Positions 25,487-37,627 of a stretch of 59,643 nucleotides of DNA are shown piece by piece. The notes under the pieces were generated by a model. The model ran no database searches, was not told the DNA's origin, and saw nothing but the letters and a program-made list of their open reading frames with translations. A program made the translations under genes and the position numbers. This DNA is from Octopus bimaculoides. Lineage: Eukaryota. Where the stretch lies: assembly GCF_001194135.2 (NCBI RefSeq), contig NC_068981.1:91983880-92043522 (forward strand), written 5' to 3'. The stretch's first letter is position 1. Every line of letters starts with the position of its first letter.

Positions 25487-27270
25487 TGTACGGATTGATC
25501 GATGATAACGACATTCCTCGACACGATGCTAAAGAAATGGCAGAAATACTGCAGAAACAATACTGCTCTGTCTTTAGTGATCTCATTGATATTGGCGTAA
25601 GGGATGTGAACAAAGTTGATTCCCAACATAAAATCTCGGACATAACCTTCACTACTTCAGACATCATAGCAGCAATAAATGAGGTCAAATACTATTCTGC
25701 TGTAGGCCCTTATAGATTCCCCGCAAGTCTCCTGAAGGAATGTAGACACCAACTTGCAGTCCCTCTGACCAACCTCTGGAGAAATTCTTTAGACTCAGGT
25801 TATATACCGAAACAGCTCCTATCCCAGTCTGTCACCCCGGTTTTCAAACAGGGAAACAGATCCCTCGCAGTCAACTATCGCCCAATCTCACTCACCTCCC
25901 CCATCATTAAAGTGTTTGAAAGGGTGGTAAGATCAAGGATAGCTGACTTCCTGGAGACCCACACACTCATAAATGCAAGCCAGCATTGCTTTCGTTGTAG
26001 CAGGGACTGTCTAACACAGCTCTTACACCACATTGAAGATATACTTAAAGCCTTGGGAACAGATTCGAAAACTGATGTCATTTATTTTGACTTCAGTAAA
26101 GCATTCGACAGGGTTGACCATAATATCTTACTCACAAAATTGGCAAATGTTGGAATCCGTGGAAAACTTCTACACTGGATTAAATATTTCCCGGAGAATA
26201 GAACAAACGAAGTTGTGGTCGATGGAGTCCACTCAAGCCCAGCAAAAGTCACTAGTGGTGTCCCTCAAGGGACTTTCTTGGGCCCACTCCTCTTTATAAT
26301 TTATATAAATGATATTTCCAGCGTCGTAAATCACATGCAAAATAGTTGCTGATGACACTAAGCTCCAGCAAATCATCAATGAAGAAGACCGAACCGAACT
26401 CCTGTCTGATCAATATGCTGTGAGTCAATGGGCAGAAAAAAAAACAAACAAAACGAGACTGAACGAGGGAAAATTTGAGCTGATGCATTTTGGAAGAAAG
26501 TCTATACTAAAACAGCCATACTCTCTTCTTTCAGGGGAACCGCTCAGGGCATCCAATAATATCAGAGATCTGGGTTTAATTGTTGACAACAATCTCAATT
26601 GGAGTGCCCACATCAACAATAAGGTCAATATAACTCGTAGGATGAGCTCCTGGATCTTAACAACCTTCCGGTCCAGAGAACTAGGTGTCATCATCCCACT
26701 TTTCTCCTCCTTTGTACGGCCACACCTCGAATACTGCTGCCCCCTGTGGTCTCCCCATACAAAACAAAACATCTCGAGGATTGAATCACCCCAGAGGACG
26801 AACTGAAAGCATGACTGATCTTGATTACTGGGACCGCCTTAAAGCCTTGAAGCTCTACTCTCTCCAGCGCCGCCACGAGCAGTACATCATCTGTACGATG
26901 TGGGAAATATACCAGCAGCATTGACCAAACGACCTGAACATTAGTTTCAATGTTCATCCAAGGCTGGGACCACGGGCCATACATCCCCTGCCCAATTCAG
27001 GATCACAACATATAGGTACACTGCGGCATAATTTATTTTCCTCAACAGGCCCTGCCCTGTTTAACATTGTCCCGAAACAGATAAAAGAGGTAAAGTATCC
27101 TATCAGCTTTAAACGGAGTCTAGACAGATTTCGTCAAGGAATACCAGACAAGCCACCCATACCTGGATACAACTCACTCAATAAGAACTCACTACTTGAT
27201 TGGACGATAAACAAAACTTGACTGTAAAAAATATTTAGATAATCCTATCGGTCGAAACATATCTAAGTTT
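25487..27270 (+). pseudogene. CR1-group non-LTR retrotransposon ORF2 (reverse transcriptase and C-terminus), frameshifted
   Basis: Motifs NYRPISLTS, QHCFR, DVIYFDFSKAFDRVDH, SGVPQGTFLGPLLFIIYIND, (F/V)ADD at about 26345-26356 after a frameshift, VRPHLEYCCPLWSPH, DYWDRLKALKLYSLQRR. No endonuclease domain is seen. Confidence 0.92.
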
Positions 27271-27469
27271 AAGTACCAACGACAGAGAGAATTAAACGGG
27301 TAGAAGAAGGGTATTACAAGTTCTTGGGGCTCGGCGATCCATAATAATTCTGGTAGATTTAGTTCATCACAATATGCGGCCGTTTGGATGCATTTAACAT
27401 CGAATGAGACGGGTGTCCGCCATCAGGGTAGACAATATCTTACAATTCAGATTTTGAAGTTCATCCGGC

Positions 27470-27560
27470 TACAAAATCCACTCACAAGTCTTCGGTCCGT
27501 CTGAGACTATAGTTAGAAGACACTTGCCAATGGTGGAACGCAAGAGAGTTGGACTGAACC
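27470..27560 (-). mobile_element. SINE family A fragment, degenerate
   Basis: aaatccactcacaag...ctatagttagaagacacttgcc. Confidence 0.65.
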
Positions 27561-27669
27561 AGGAAATGTTATAACTCGGAAGCAACACAGTCGTCTACAT
27601 ACGTATTCGGTGTACAATGTTGAAACAGTATTAAAATATAAACGACATACGTGTGTCATATTTGAGCAA

Positions 27670-27795
27670 TATATATCGTTGGGATGAAAGGCAAAGTCGA
27701 CCACGGCACATTTGAACTAAAAAAGTAAAGGTGGAAGAAATAGCGCTAAGTATTTTTGTACGGCACGGTAACGATTCTACCAGCTGACCACCTTC
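27670..27795 (-). mobile_element. SINE family B
   Basis: ggatgaaaggcaaagtcgacc...tttgaact...aacgattctaccagct. Confidence 0.75.
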
Positions 27796-29265
27796 GCAGT
27801 CTATCACATAAAAATGATATATTCACTGATAACAATGAGAAACCCAGATGGTAGTCGATTTACTGATAACTGATCTATGATATTTGACTATTGTTGGATA
27901 AGCTTACTCTATTCACTATTGAATGCATTGACAGATGTCCCTCCGGAACAATGTTCAGCTCCGTGTGCACTTTTATAATGATGGATTAGAACTAAATAAG
28001 AAACGATAAGCTAACTCATCCACTATAACAACGCATCATCCATAGAGTGAGATAAAAACATCACACTTCAGTCAATGAGTGTTTCGAAAACAATAATTTC
28101 ATTTTAAACAATACTGGAGCAAGAAGGAATTTCCAAAATACTAATACTTGATCGATCCACTGATTGACAGCGGCTTCTGTTGTACACAGTCGGAATATAA
28201 TGGCTGAAGAATACAATAGGTTATTGTGACCTAGCTGAGACAATTTATCCTAACAGAGACGTTAACTTGATTCCAAGGAAGTCCTAAATAATTTGGTGCT
28301 TATAGTTTAAAATCATTTGACTCTGCAGATAATGTTATCAATAGCAACGTGTGAGTGCAGCCTGTCAGTGAATTTTGATAGCTTGCAGTCAGTATTCTGA
28401 CGACCTAGGAACAGAAGACTTCAATAAGTAACAACACAAGTATTGACAGACAAGAGTTATATAATCCTCAGAGTTAAGACATCTGGTTGGTTTTAGCTGC
28501 AGGCTGCTTATTGATGTTATGCACTTATCTGATGCACGTTAAATATAAATTAATACAAATTTACATGACACTATCGCTGTCAAATATTTAATGTATGAAT
28601 CTATCCAATACAATATATATATGTACATGAATACATACATATTCATGTATGTGTGTGTGTGTGTGCGTGTGTGTGTGTGCGTGTGTGTGTGTAAATAAGT
28701 TGTCTAAGAGTCTATAAGTCAGGAATAAAATGCACTCGTATATTATCCGAAGTGTACAGTATTATATATCCATTACGGCAGATCTTGCCAATCGGTTTTG
28801 CACTCGGGATTCAACGGAGTGTGAGGTAACAATCCGATTATGTAGCCCTACGCTTATCAGAGGTAACCGATATGTAATGAAATAGGGCGACAGTTCTCTC
28901 TTATTGGAGGTGAATAGACACATCCGGTTTGCAGTTGCTGTGAAAAAAAGATGATGAAACAAAACGTGTAAGGGATAGAGTTATTTCCCTTGGTATCAAA
29001 ATCTCTTTTAGTATATTTGAAGTCCAATTCTTCCTACCAGTTTAATTCACAGAGACATGAAGTCATATATATACCAATTGTTTTGTTACCCAGCCTATTT
29101 CCGTTCATATTTTAGCGACGTATGGCATCCTGATATATTACACATTGAACGTTATTGCCAACATTCAGATATTGAAGCAGCTGGCGAGACTTTTGTTTAT
29201 GTATAATTATGCCATAATTTACCGAGAGGTGGTTATTTGACTAGGAAGTCCAGCTGCATACACAT

Positions 29266-29266
29266 T

Positions 29267-29353
<87 letters not shown>

Positions 29354-29370
29354 AGAGAGAGAGAGAGAGA
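29266..29370. repeat. (AG)n microsatellite
   Basis: Directly visible. Confidence 0.95.
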
Positions 29371-29951
29371 TAAATTATTATGAGATAACGGAAAGTGTGA
29401 ATATTCTCCTGAAGGGGAGACAGCGACTTCTAGTTTTATATTTTGACTCTTTTTCTTCTAATCTTAAGACGTCTCATTCCTATGAATGTAAAAGCTTATA
29501 ATGTTTCCATTTTTACATAAAATCAACTAATTACATATTCCTGTAGAGCCAGTAGTTATAGATAGCGCCATTTCGCCTTTCTTCTGAGCTCCTCAGTATA
29601 ACATAATTTAAGAACTTGAAATTTGTTGGTCTCGAATCTGTAGTAATATATATTTGCATGGTAAAATTTTCAAACATCCTACCAGTCTTTACTACAGCAT
29701 TGTTTCATCAGGTGCAGTAAGAATCCCGTTTCTCTGCAGCTACGCGTATTACTCAGCTATCTCTCACATCAAGTCATGTGTCACAGCATATATCTACAGG
29801 ATGTTACTATACAGATATTCAACTTCTTCATTTAATTCTTCATTTAATTCTGTTTTGTTTTTTTCCACATATTTTAACAATTTTCTCATAGTTTTTTTCA
29901 TATCTCTACTATATGATAATTATCCGATAATTGCATCAACCTTATTGTTGT

Positions 29952-30292
29952 TGGCACTCCGTCGCTTTCGACGTCGAGGGTTCCAGTTGATCCGATCAAC
30001 GGAACAGCCTGCTCGTGAAATTAACGTGCAAGTGGCTGAGCACTCCACAGACACGTGTACCCTTAACGTGACACAGTGTGACAAGGCTGACCCATTGAAT
30101 TACAGGCACAACAGAAACAGGAAGTAAGAGTGAGAGAAAGTTGTGGAAGAGTACAGCAGGGTTCACCACCATCCCCTGCCGGAGCCTTGTGGAGCTTTAG
30201 GTGTTTTCGCTCAATAAGCACTCACAACGCCCGGTTTGAGAATCGAAACCGCGATCGTATGACCGCCCTAACCACTGGGCCATTGCGCCTCC
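29952..30292 (-). mobile_element. tRNA-derived SINE family D (OR-like), near full length
   Basis: Minus-strand head ggaggcgcaatggcccagtggttagggc...gtttcgattc; tail ...cgtcgaaagcgacggagtgcca. Homologous to 50272-50516. Confidence 0.85.
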
Positions 30293-30587
30293 ACACATCG
30301 ACCTTATACACAGGAGATATAAAAAAAAGACTCTTGTATATTCGAATAAACTTTATTCTGATCAATATTGTTCAAAGTGTATGGGGAAATCAGTTTAAAA
30401 GAGGCTGTCAAAATATTTTGAGACCCATCAGTTTGTTTAGATAAACTAGACGAATATATTAATGAAAACAAACGATCATGTTTTACATGCATACGTACGT
30501 ACACACACATACATGCATGCATACGTACATATATACATAGATACATACATACTTTCATATATGTATATATGCATGTATATATACATA

Positions 30588-30668
<81 letters not shown>

Positions 30669-30739
30669 ATAGCACAGGTGCACCCAATTTACACGAGAAA
30701 AGCCATTGCTAAAAATACTTACTGAAATGATTCATTATT

Positions 30740-31830
30740 GATGCCATGTGATGCCCTTGTATGCCTTTTAAAGCCCAGCCAAACTTTTCCATATTTTATT
30801 ACATACTGGACAACTGAACAGGCTGGCAGGATAATGAGGTGCCACCATATGCACTCTCTTAACATATTTTTTCAGACCTCCAGCTGGGAGGCACACCCTT
30901 CCACATTTTACACGTTCTGTGTAATTTTAATAGCCACATGGCTGTTTATCATGGGTCGATTTCTATGAGATTTTTGATGGCTCACCAGGCTTGCACGACT
31001 CAAACACCTCCTCCCGCAAACCACACACATAAAAAGTAACGCTCTCATTTTTCACAGGTTTGCCCCTTCTAAGCCCCCTACTAATTCTCTCATACTTCCC
31101 TCTCTCCCTCTCAAACCTTAAACAACCATCATCCACTATCTTCTTCCATCCATCGCGGTCTTGTGCGAACCCTCCCAATCACCATCTGCAATTCCTGCCA
31201 GTATTAGAGCATTTTAAAGGCAATCCTGCCATCTTCCTGCTCATCATACAATAGCTACTTGGGTAGTCGCTCATCACTCATCCTTACCAAATCCCCCCCT
31301 CCCCCATTTCAAACGTCTTTGCAAAATCGTTGACTCTATACTTCTATTGCAACTCCTCTCAAGCACCTCCACATTACGAATGGCCATTTTCCATTTTATC
31401 CCCCAAATTTTTCTCAGACAGCATTGATGAAATCATTCCAATTGCCTTACCTGCCTACGGTAAACAACCCATGCCTCACTTCCATATAGCAAAGATGGGA
31501 GTACGCACGTGTTATATACTTAACTTTAATTTGTGAAGATATATTATGTTGTTTCCATAGAGGCCTATCAAGCCTACTAAAAGCACTACTAGCCCTGCTG
31601 ATTCTGTATGAAATTTCATCATCAAGACCAGCAGTGCTCAAGGTACTTCCTCAATAAATAAATCTAGGTACAGTCACCAACCTTTGACCATTCATAGTTA
31701 TAAAAGGTTCCACATAAATTTTGTAGGGAGCAGGCTGGTACATTATAACAGTTTTGTTTTTTAGATTGATCGTTAAACCCAATACTGCACATGCTGCAGA
31801 AATCGCATTAACCATGTGCTGCATATCTTT
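30740..31830 (-). pseudogene. RTE-clade LINE 3' fragment (RT C-terminus plus three C2H2-like zinc fingers)
   Basis: DMQHMVNAISAACAVLGLTINLKNKTVIMYQP, GSTLS...LDDEISYRISRASSAFSRL, AQDRDGWKKIVDDGCLRFERER, then C2H2-like units; multiple stops and frameshifts. Confidence 0.85.
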
Positions 31831-31899
31831 CTGTGTGTACACCCACATATATATATGCAGCCATACACATTTACATATACACGTACATATATACATACC

Positions 31900-31938
<39 letters not shown>

Positions 31939-32429
31939 TGTACACATATGCATATCCGCACACACGCCCGCATAAACACACACGTGCACATACTCATACA
32001 CGCACAATTATATTCAAATGCACTTCTAAAATGCGTACATGCTATATAAACATAAGCTCACTCACACTCACGGGAAACCCTCACATGTACACCCTCATAT
32101 ATATGCAACCATAAACGTGTACGTATGCATACCCGCACACACGCACGTGTATATACCTATACGTGCACAAAAAATTCATATACACGTCTATAAACGCACA
32201 TATCCACGTCTATATACATGCACAGGAATAATGCAGGGTGAAAGGTAAAATACAGAAAAAAATGTGTAAAACTATATAAAGCAATAAAAAAATATATAGA
32301 TATGTAAAAAATATATAAAAAAGAGAGAGAGATAAAATGCTTGTACATGGACACAATATAAAAAGCAGGTTCTATCTGTGATCTTGTAGGCGACCAAACA
32401 CGTAAGAAATATTTAGCCATATGTGGACA

Positions 32430-33445
32430 TGTTCCAAAAAGTTCCGTTCTTGGTGTAATTATTAATGATGCTGTTGTGTAGGAGTCGTGAATATGTACTG
32501 TTTTCTACAAGGTGTAAGATTTTGGTTTTATCAGAAAAAAGTGCCATTTTTTTTGGAACTCTTTGATATCTTATTTCAGTTTCGGATGGAAAGTGTTGAA
32601 AGACTTACGAAATTTTATTTTGTTCATGGGCTTCAGTAGGTCCGCTTCGAAGTCTTCTAAGCCTTTGATTTTTGGAAGGAATTTCTTTGATTTAATTCCA
32701 TAGAATATGTTCTCTATAGTGTCCTCTTCCATGTTGTAAAAGAAAGCTTTCCATCTGATACGCTTAATAAGGTCTGTGATTTTCTCCAAAAGTTTCTTAG
32801 AGTATAGTTCCCTGGATGGTATAGGTATGTTTTTCATAGAATAATCGATATTGTAGGCGTCCATATTGAATCTTTCTGCTGGGCAGTGTCCTCGACTGAT
32901 TTCTAGCGATTTTTCAAAATAAGCTGTATTAGCTTTTACGGAAAAAAAGCGGTGTACGGGAGCTAATTTATTAATAGTAATGGTAAGAAAATAAAAGAAG
33001 GAATGAGACCTTGATATTATGCAAATAGATGAATTTATCTGTAATATAGTATGTGACAAATATTCGGTTGCCATAATAAGACTCCGAGTTTTGGATGTTG
33101 AGGCGGAAAACTGTATGTATGTACATGCGCGCTTACGCGATTTCTATGAGCAGTTTAACTTCCTTACTTGTTTACTTTCTCCCCTTCAGTTATTTCCCCT
33201 TATTTAACAGTAATTCTAATAGCTCTTTTGTCTTAATAACGGTCAATTACATAGTAATTTCCCTTTCTTTAACGGTCATTTTCATTGCATTTTTTTGACT
33301 GCCTCGATAACTGATGAGATGCCAGAGCAATTTTCCGCCCCGACATACGAAACACGGAGACTTATTATGGCAACCGAATAATTGTCACATATTATATATA
33401 TTACAGATAAATTCCTCTATATACATAATATCGAGGTCTCATTCA
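32430..33445 (-). mobile_element. Penelope-like element 5' end (Naiad-like N-terminus) with inverted pLTR
   Basis: Minus-strand ORF from 32862: MDAYNIDYSMKNIPIPSRELYSKKLLEKITDLIKRIRWKAFF...YGIKSKKFLPKIKGLEDFEADLL...IKFRK, continuing out of frame as DIKE...SDKTKIL. 33001-33110 is an inverted copy of 33331-33442. Confidence 0.7.
33300..33372 (+). ncRNA. Degenerate type I hammerhead in Penelope-like pLTR
   Basis: TGCC-tcg-ATAA-CTGATGA-G-atg...cat-a-C-GAAA-CACGGAG-AC|TTAT-tat-GGCA. The cleavage triplet is GAC here, but GTC in the inverted copy near 33080. Confidence 0.6.
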
Positions 33446-33459
33446 TTCTTTTGTTGCCT

Positions 33460-33725
33460 TCTTCTTCTTCTGCCATTTAACCCTCCAACGCGGAGTATAG
33501 GCCACTTATAATTGAATTCCATGTCGCATAATTTCTCGCTTCTGTATTTATACCCTGCCATGAATGTCCCCCTTTCTCTAGTTCCTTTTGTGTTGATCTA
33601 CGTCACGAGTTCTTAGGCCTACTCCTCTTTCTATATCCATCCGGATTCCACTGTAAAACACTTTTCGCTGCATTTGGTGTGTCCTTTCTAATTGTGCTAC
33701 CAATCCATTTCCACTTTTCTTGTTG
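33460..33725 (-). pseudogene. RTE-like LINE extreme 3' fragment with (GAA)n tail
   Basis: Minus-strand translation KWKWIGSTIRKDTPNAAKSVLQWNPDGYRKRSRPKNS*RRSTQKELEKG resembles the WxWIGHxLR...WxPxGxRxRGRPxxTW motif. Confidence 0.75.
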
Positions 33726-33752
33726 TCTTACCATTATTTATATAAGTATGTT

Positions 33753-33799
<47 letters not shown>

Positions 33800-34469
33800 G
33801 CATATGTAAGTATATGTGTGTGTGCGTGTTTGTGTACAAGTTTGTGTGTGCACAGAACAAGTATTTGAAATTACTAAACGTTTACTTCTACTCGGTTTTC
33901 AATAATTTTATGTTAGCAAAAAGTCGTTTCATCATCATGAGTTAATCGAAATATAAGTCTTTAATGCTACCCTTACGTACATGCAAATTATGTTCAAACA
34001 AACATAATATTGAAACAAATGGCAAAGCACAAGGTCAGAGTAAATTATCTAACGCAAAATATAGCAATAGAAAACGAAAAAAAAAAGTATATATAAAAAT
34101 TAATAAGAACTCTAGCAATAGCAAATAACAGGAAATCTGATAAGATTATTAAATAGACCAAGTTGACCTGAAACATCCAGTTTGGATGTATTAAATTATG
34201 AATTCATCAAAAAGATATTAACGATAAATTATAGATTATCTATGTCATAACCTGTTGAAGATGTTAAAATAAGTTATATGTCGATACACCAGAATGTTTT
34301 AACATACTTNNNNNNNNNNNNNNNNNNNNNNNNNNNNNNNNNNNNNNNNNNNNNNNNNNNNNNNNNNNNNNNNNNNNNNNNNNNNNNNNNNNNNNNNNNN
34401 NNNNNNNNNNNNNNNNNNNNNNNNNNNNNNNNNATATATATATATATATATATATATATAGAAAAAAAT

Positions 34470-35361
34470 GTATGTATAAACATTTATTCGTCTTTATTTT
34501 TTCCAGCCGAAACTGATGCCGCTTAAAAAAAATTCCTTTGGGTGAGAGGTGGTCCATTGTCCCTGCGCATACGAGAAAATTTTGCACCGGTAGGCCTCGT
34601 CATTTATTGTGCGCTACGCCTGGAGTACAGACATGTAGTGTGCGCACGTTGGATTCTCGTTTTCGTGCAGGATGACCTAACGTTTCGAGCACAGAGCATA
34701 AACTGATGTTTCATCAACATTGATCATGGTCTTCATGAAGTCGTGTTCCAGTTTCCAAGTTCTGAGTGATTTCCACAGAATTGCTTCTGCTGCCCTCTTC
34801 CCAGCAGCATGGTGACGAATTTTGCCTACACTCACCGCATGCCAAAATCACCCGTTTTATATGGAATGCATTGATCCTGTGTTTGTTCCAAATTAGTGAG
34901 CAATTTCCAGCATTGTTACCCGACGGTCGTCCATGACCATTTACCGAACCTTCTAAATAGGCTTCTCCTTTCGATTAGTGGATTACTTGCCTAAGCATGC
35001 CTTTCTCTCCAGTGAGGTGCGGCCATGTTTGAAGTAGTTATACCACTCATTGATCTAAATTTTGCCTATGGAATGCTCGCGAAATGGCCGCTGAATCGTC
35101 TGGATGGTTTGAGCTTGAGTATCACTAAACTTTTGCAATATCTCTGCTCGTTGCGTTTGGTGAAAACGAAAATCCGACGACCGTGTACTACATGTGTGCA
35201 CTTTAGGCGTATCAACCAGAAAATGACGTGACCTACCGGCGCTAAAACATTTTCGCTTACGCAAGAAGGGTGACGTCACCTCCTATTCTAAGTATTTCGC
35301 CCATGCGGCATTAGTTCTTGCGGGAAAAATAAGCTGGAATACCTCTTGAACTCATCTCGTA
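34470..35361 (-). mobile_element. mariner-family transposon remnant (5' TIR and N-terminal to mid transposase), 3'-truncated
   Basis: TIR-like end tacgagatgagttcaagaggtattccag; peptides DTQAQTIQTIQRPFREHSIGKI*INEWYNYFKHGRTSLE, VMDDRRVT and INVDET*VY. Confidence 0.8.
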
Positions 35362-35918
35362 CAAGCAATGTAATACACGTATAGGCATATGTAAGAATAC
35401 ACTCTGCTGTACATTGAACCTTATATACACATTCATAACTAGCATATGGACATGATGAATTAACGTACTCATACAAAGGGTTACTCATTTACAATTGAAA
35501 ACTCCAAACTCTTGCTACAGAATAAATTAAACCGTACACAAATTAAATCGATAAAATTTAATATATCATATATAGACGGGTACTGAATATAGCCTGTTCT
35601 TCAGCACTTTTTAGATTTCATCAGAAATTTTGTAAATATACTAAAGTAATAATTAATCTCTCCCTGCATTATCAAGGTTTCAACTTCACCGTAAAGAATG
35701 CCCTTTAACTGATACGCTGTAGCATGCCCTTTAACTGATACGCCTTGTTGATTTTGACATACATAATATCTCAAACATTCAAACACACACACATATAAAA
35801 TATATACACATAAATATGCACGCACGTACATACACACACACACACATACACACACATATGTATATACTCTCAGTATAACCAAATCTATGATAAAAATCGA
35901 AAGGTATTTATGTTAGTA

Positions 35919-36042
35919 TACATTATTTACATTTGACGGATATTTGTCCTCATCTTGTTTGTTGTTAACACGGGCATATGGCATAATGGTTAAGAGCGCG
36001 GGCTACTAACCCCAAGATTCCAAGTTCGATTCCAGGCAATGA

Positions 36043-36101
<59 letters not shown>

Positions 36102-36282
36102 TCGAAAAATAACTTAGGAATGAAAACCAAGGTTCGAAATTTCCTCAAGACACCTGATGAAGGCTGTAGGGTATATCAGCCGAAACGTTGTGTTAGCAAC
36201 AAAGAAGATGACGACAAATATCCGTCAAATGGAAATAATGTAAATAATGTACATACTTCCTCATCTCTTAAATATAGATCTG
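35919..36282 (+). mobile_element. Family H2: inverted tail segment + tRNA head + (AAT)n + intact hammerhead tail
   Basis: 35919-35971 is the reverse complement of the tail downstream of the HHR cleavage site; the tRNA head starts at 35972 (TGGCATAATGG, GTTCGATTCC); HHR at 36149-36194. Confidence 0.9.
36149..36194 (+). ncRNA. Minimal type I hammerhead ribozyme motif, core intact
   Basis: GACAC-CTGATGA-A-GGCTG-tagggtatat-CAGCC-GAAA-CG-TT|GTGTT; stem III is the palindrome AACGTT. Confidence 0.8.
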
Positions 36283-37455
36283 TAATATTAGTATGTTTCT
36301 CAAAATATGAATCCTACCATTTAACGTTAACAATGATATATACAATATGATAGCTTTACCACAAGCAAATATGTGGCCAACACTATGGCGCCCGTTCTGT
36401 CCAGCGTATCTATGTTACTACAAGAGCCATTTGATAATATCAGATTGTTTATTCAATAACCTCTAGAAAATTAATGAAAAAAAAATCAATGAGGTAGACA
36501 TTAAGTCTTCCGCAAATCTACAAGAAATAGCCTGGAAATTGCTATCGAATCACGCTCCATTGTTGTAAGTAAGATAAGTTAACATTAAGTTATGTAGTCC
36601 ATCGAAAGTGAACAAGACGTGTTGGTCACCTAGACTATTTTGGGTCAGGGTTTGACCTGATGCTAAACAACATCAGCAGAAATAAAAAAAAAGATGATAT
36701 AAACATATCGAGCGACGTAATGCCAATGTTTTGTTAGCAAACAACACACCATTGCTATTTTAGTGCTGAGCAAATAGAAATCTACTTAACAAGAAAAACA
36801 AGTATAACAGCAACAAGAATATAAACAATAACAGCAAGATCATCAAACGAAAATATTGGCTTCATCCACATTGAGAAATCACTGTAAAGCAGAAATATGC
36901 TGAAAGTAATATAAAACTATTTGTCAAGTAGCAACAATAAAATAAAACATTAACAGTGAGATTAATGCTACAATAATAGCAGAATGTTAGAAGAAATCAA
37001 TTATAATTGTGTTGTGATTTGACATGTCTAGACCAACTAACTGAAGATTTGTTTTACACTCTTTTGGCATAGTTATTATTATTGTTTCTCAAGATGTGTA
37101 TTATTCTTGGAATTCGATTTCCTTCATCGTATTTGCATTCAGCTGGGGAAAATAAGTGAGAAAATAAATAAGCTTTTAAAAATATACCAAAGAGTTGCAG
37201 CGAAAAAACACAAAATGAAAACGAATGAAAAATAATCATACTTAAATCTTCTACACAGGCAAAGATTTTGTGACATACAAACTAAGATATGTTTGGTGCT
37301 GCATTTCATAACTGAAAACGTTTTTATTTCGTAATATGCTGGATCTGGCATGCAATACTTCATGCTAAATACGCCAGTTGGCAATTGTAACAGAAATGAT
37401 TTCTTTCGGGTGCTAAAATAGCGGTGGATAAGAGAAAATTACAAAGGAAAAAGGA

Positions 37456-37627
<172 letters not shown>

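Noticed and set aside
26349-26355. Other CTGANGA hits (e.g. 16740, 22105, 26349, 42563, 44878, 47230)
   Set aside because: They lack stem II plus GAAA context; the 26349 hit is the ADD codons of the RT.
27280-27345. ERIKRVEEGYYKFLG, reminiscent of an RT YKFLG motif
   Set aside because: Too short to support a call.
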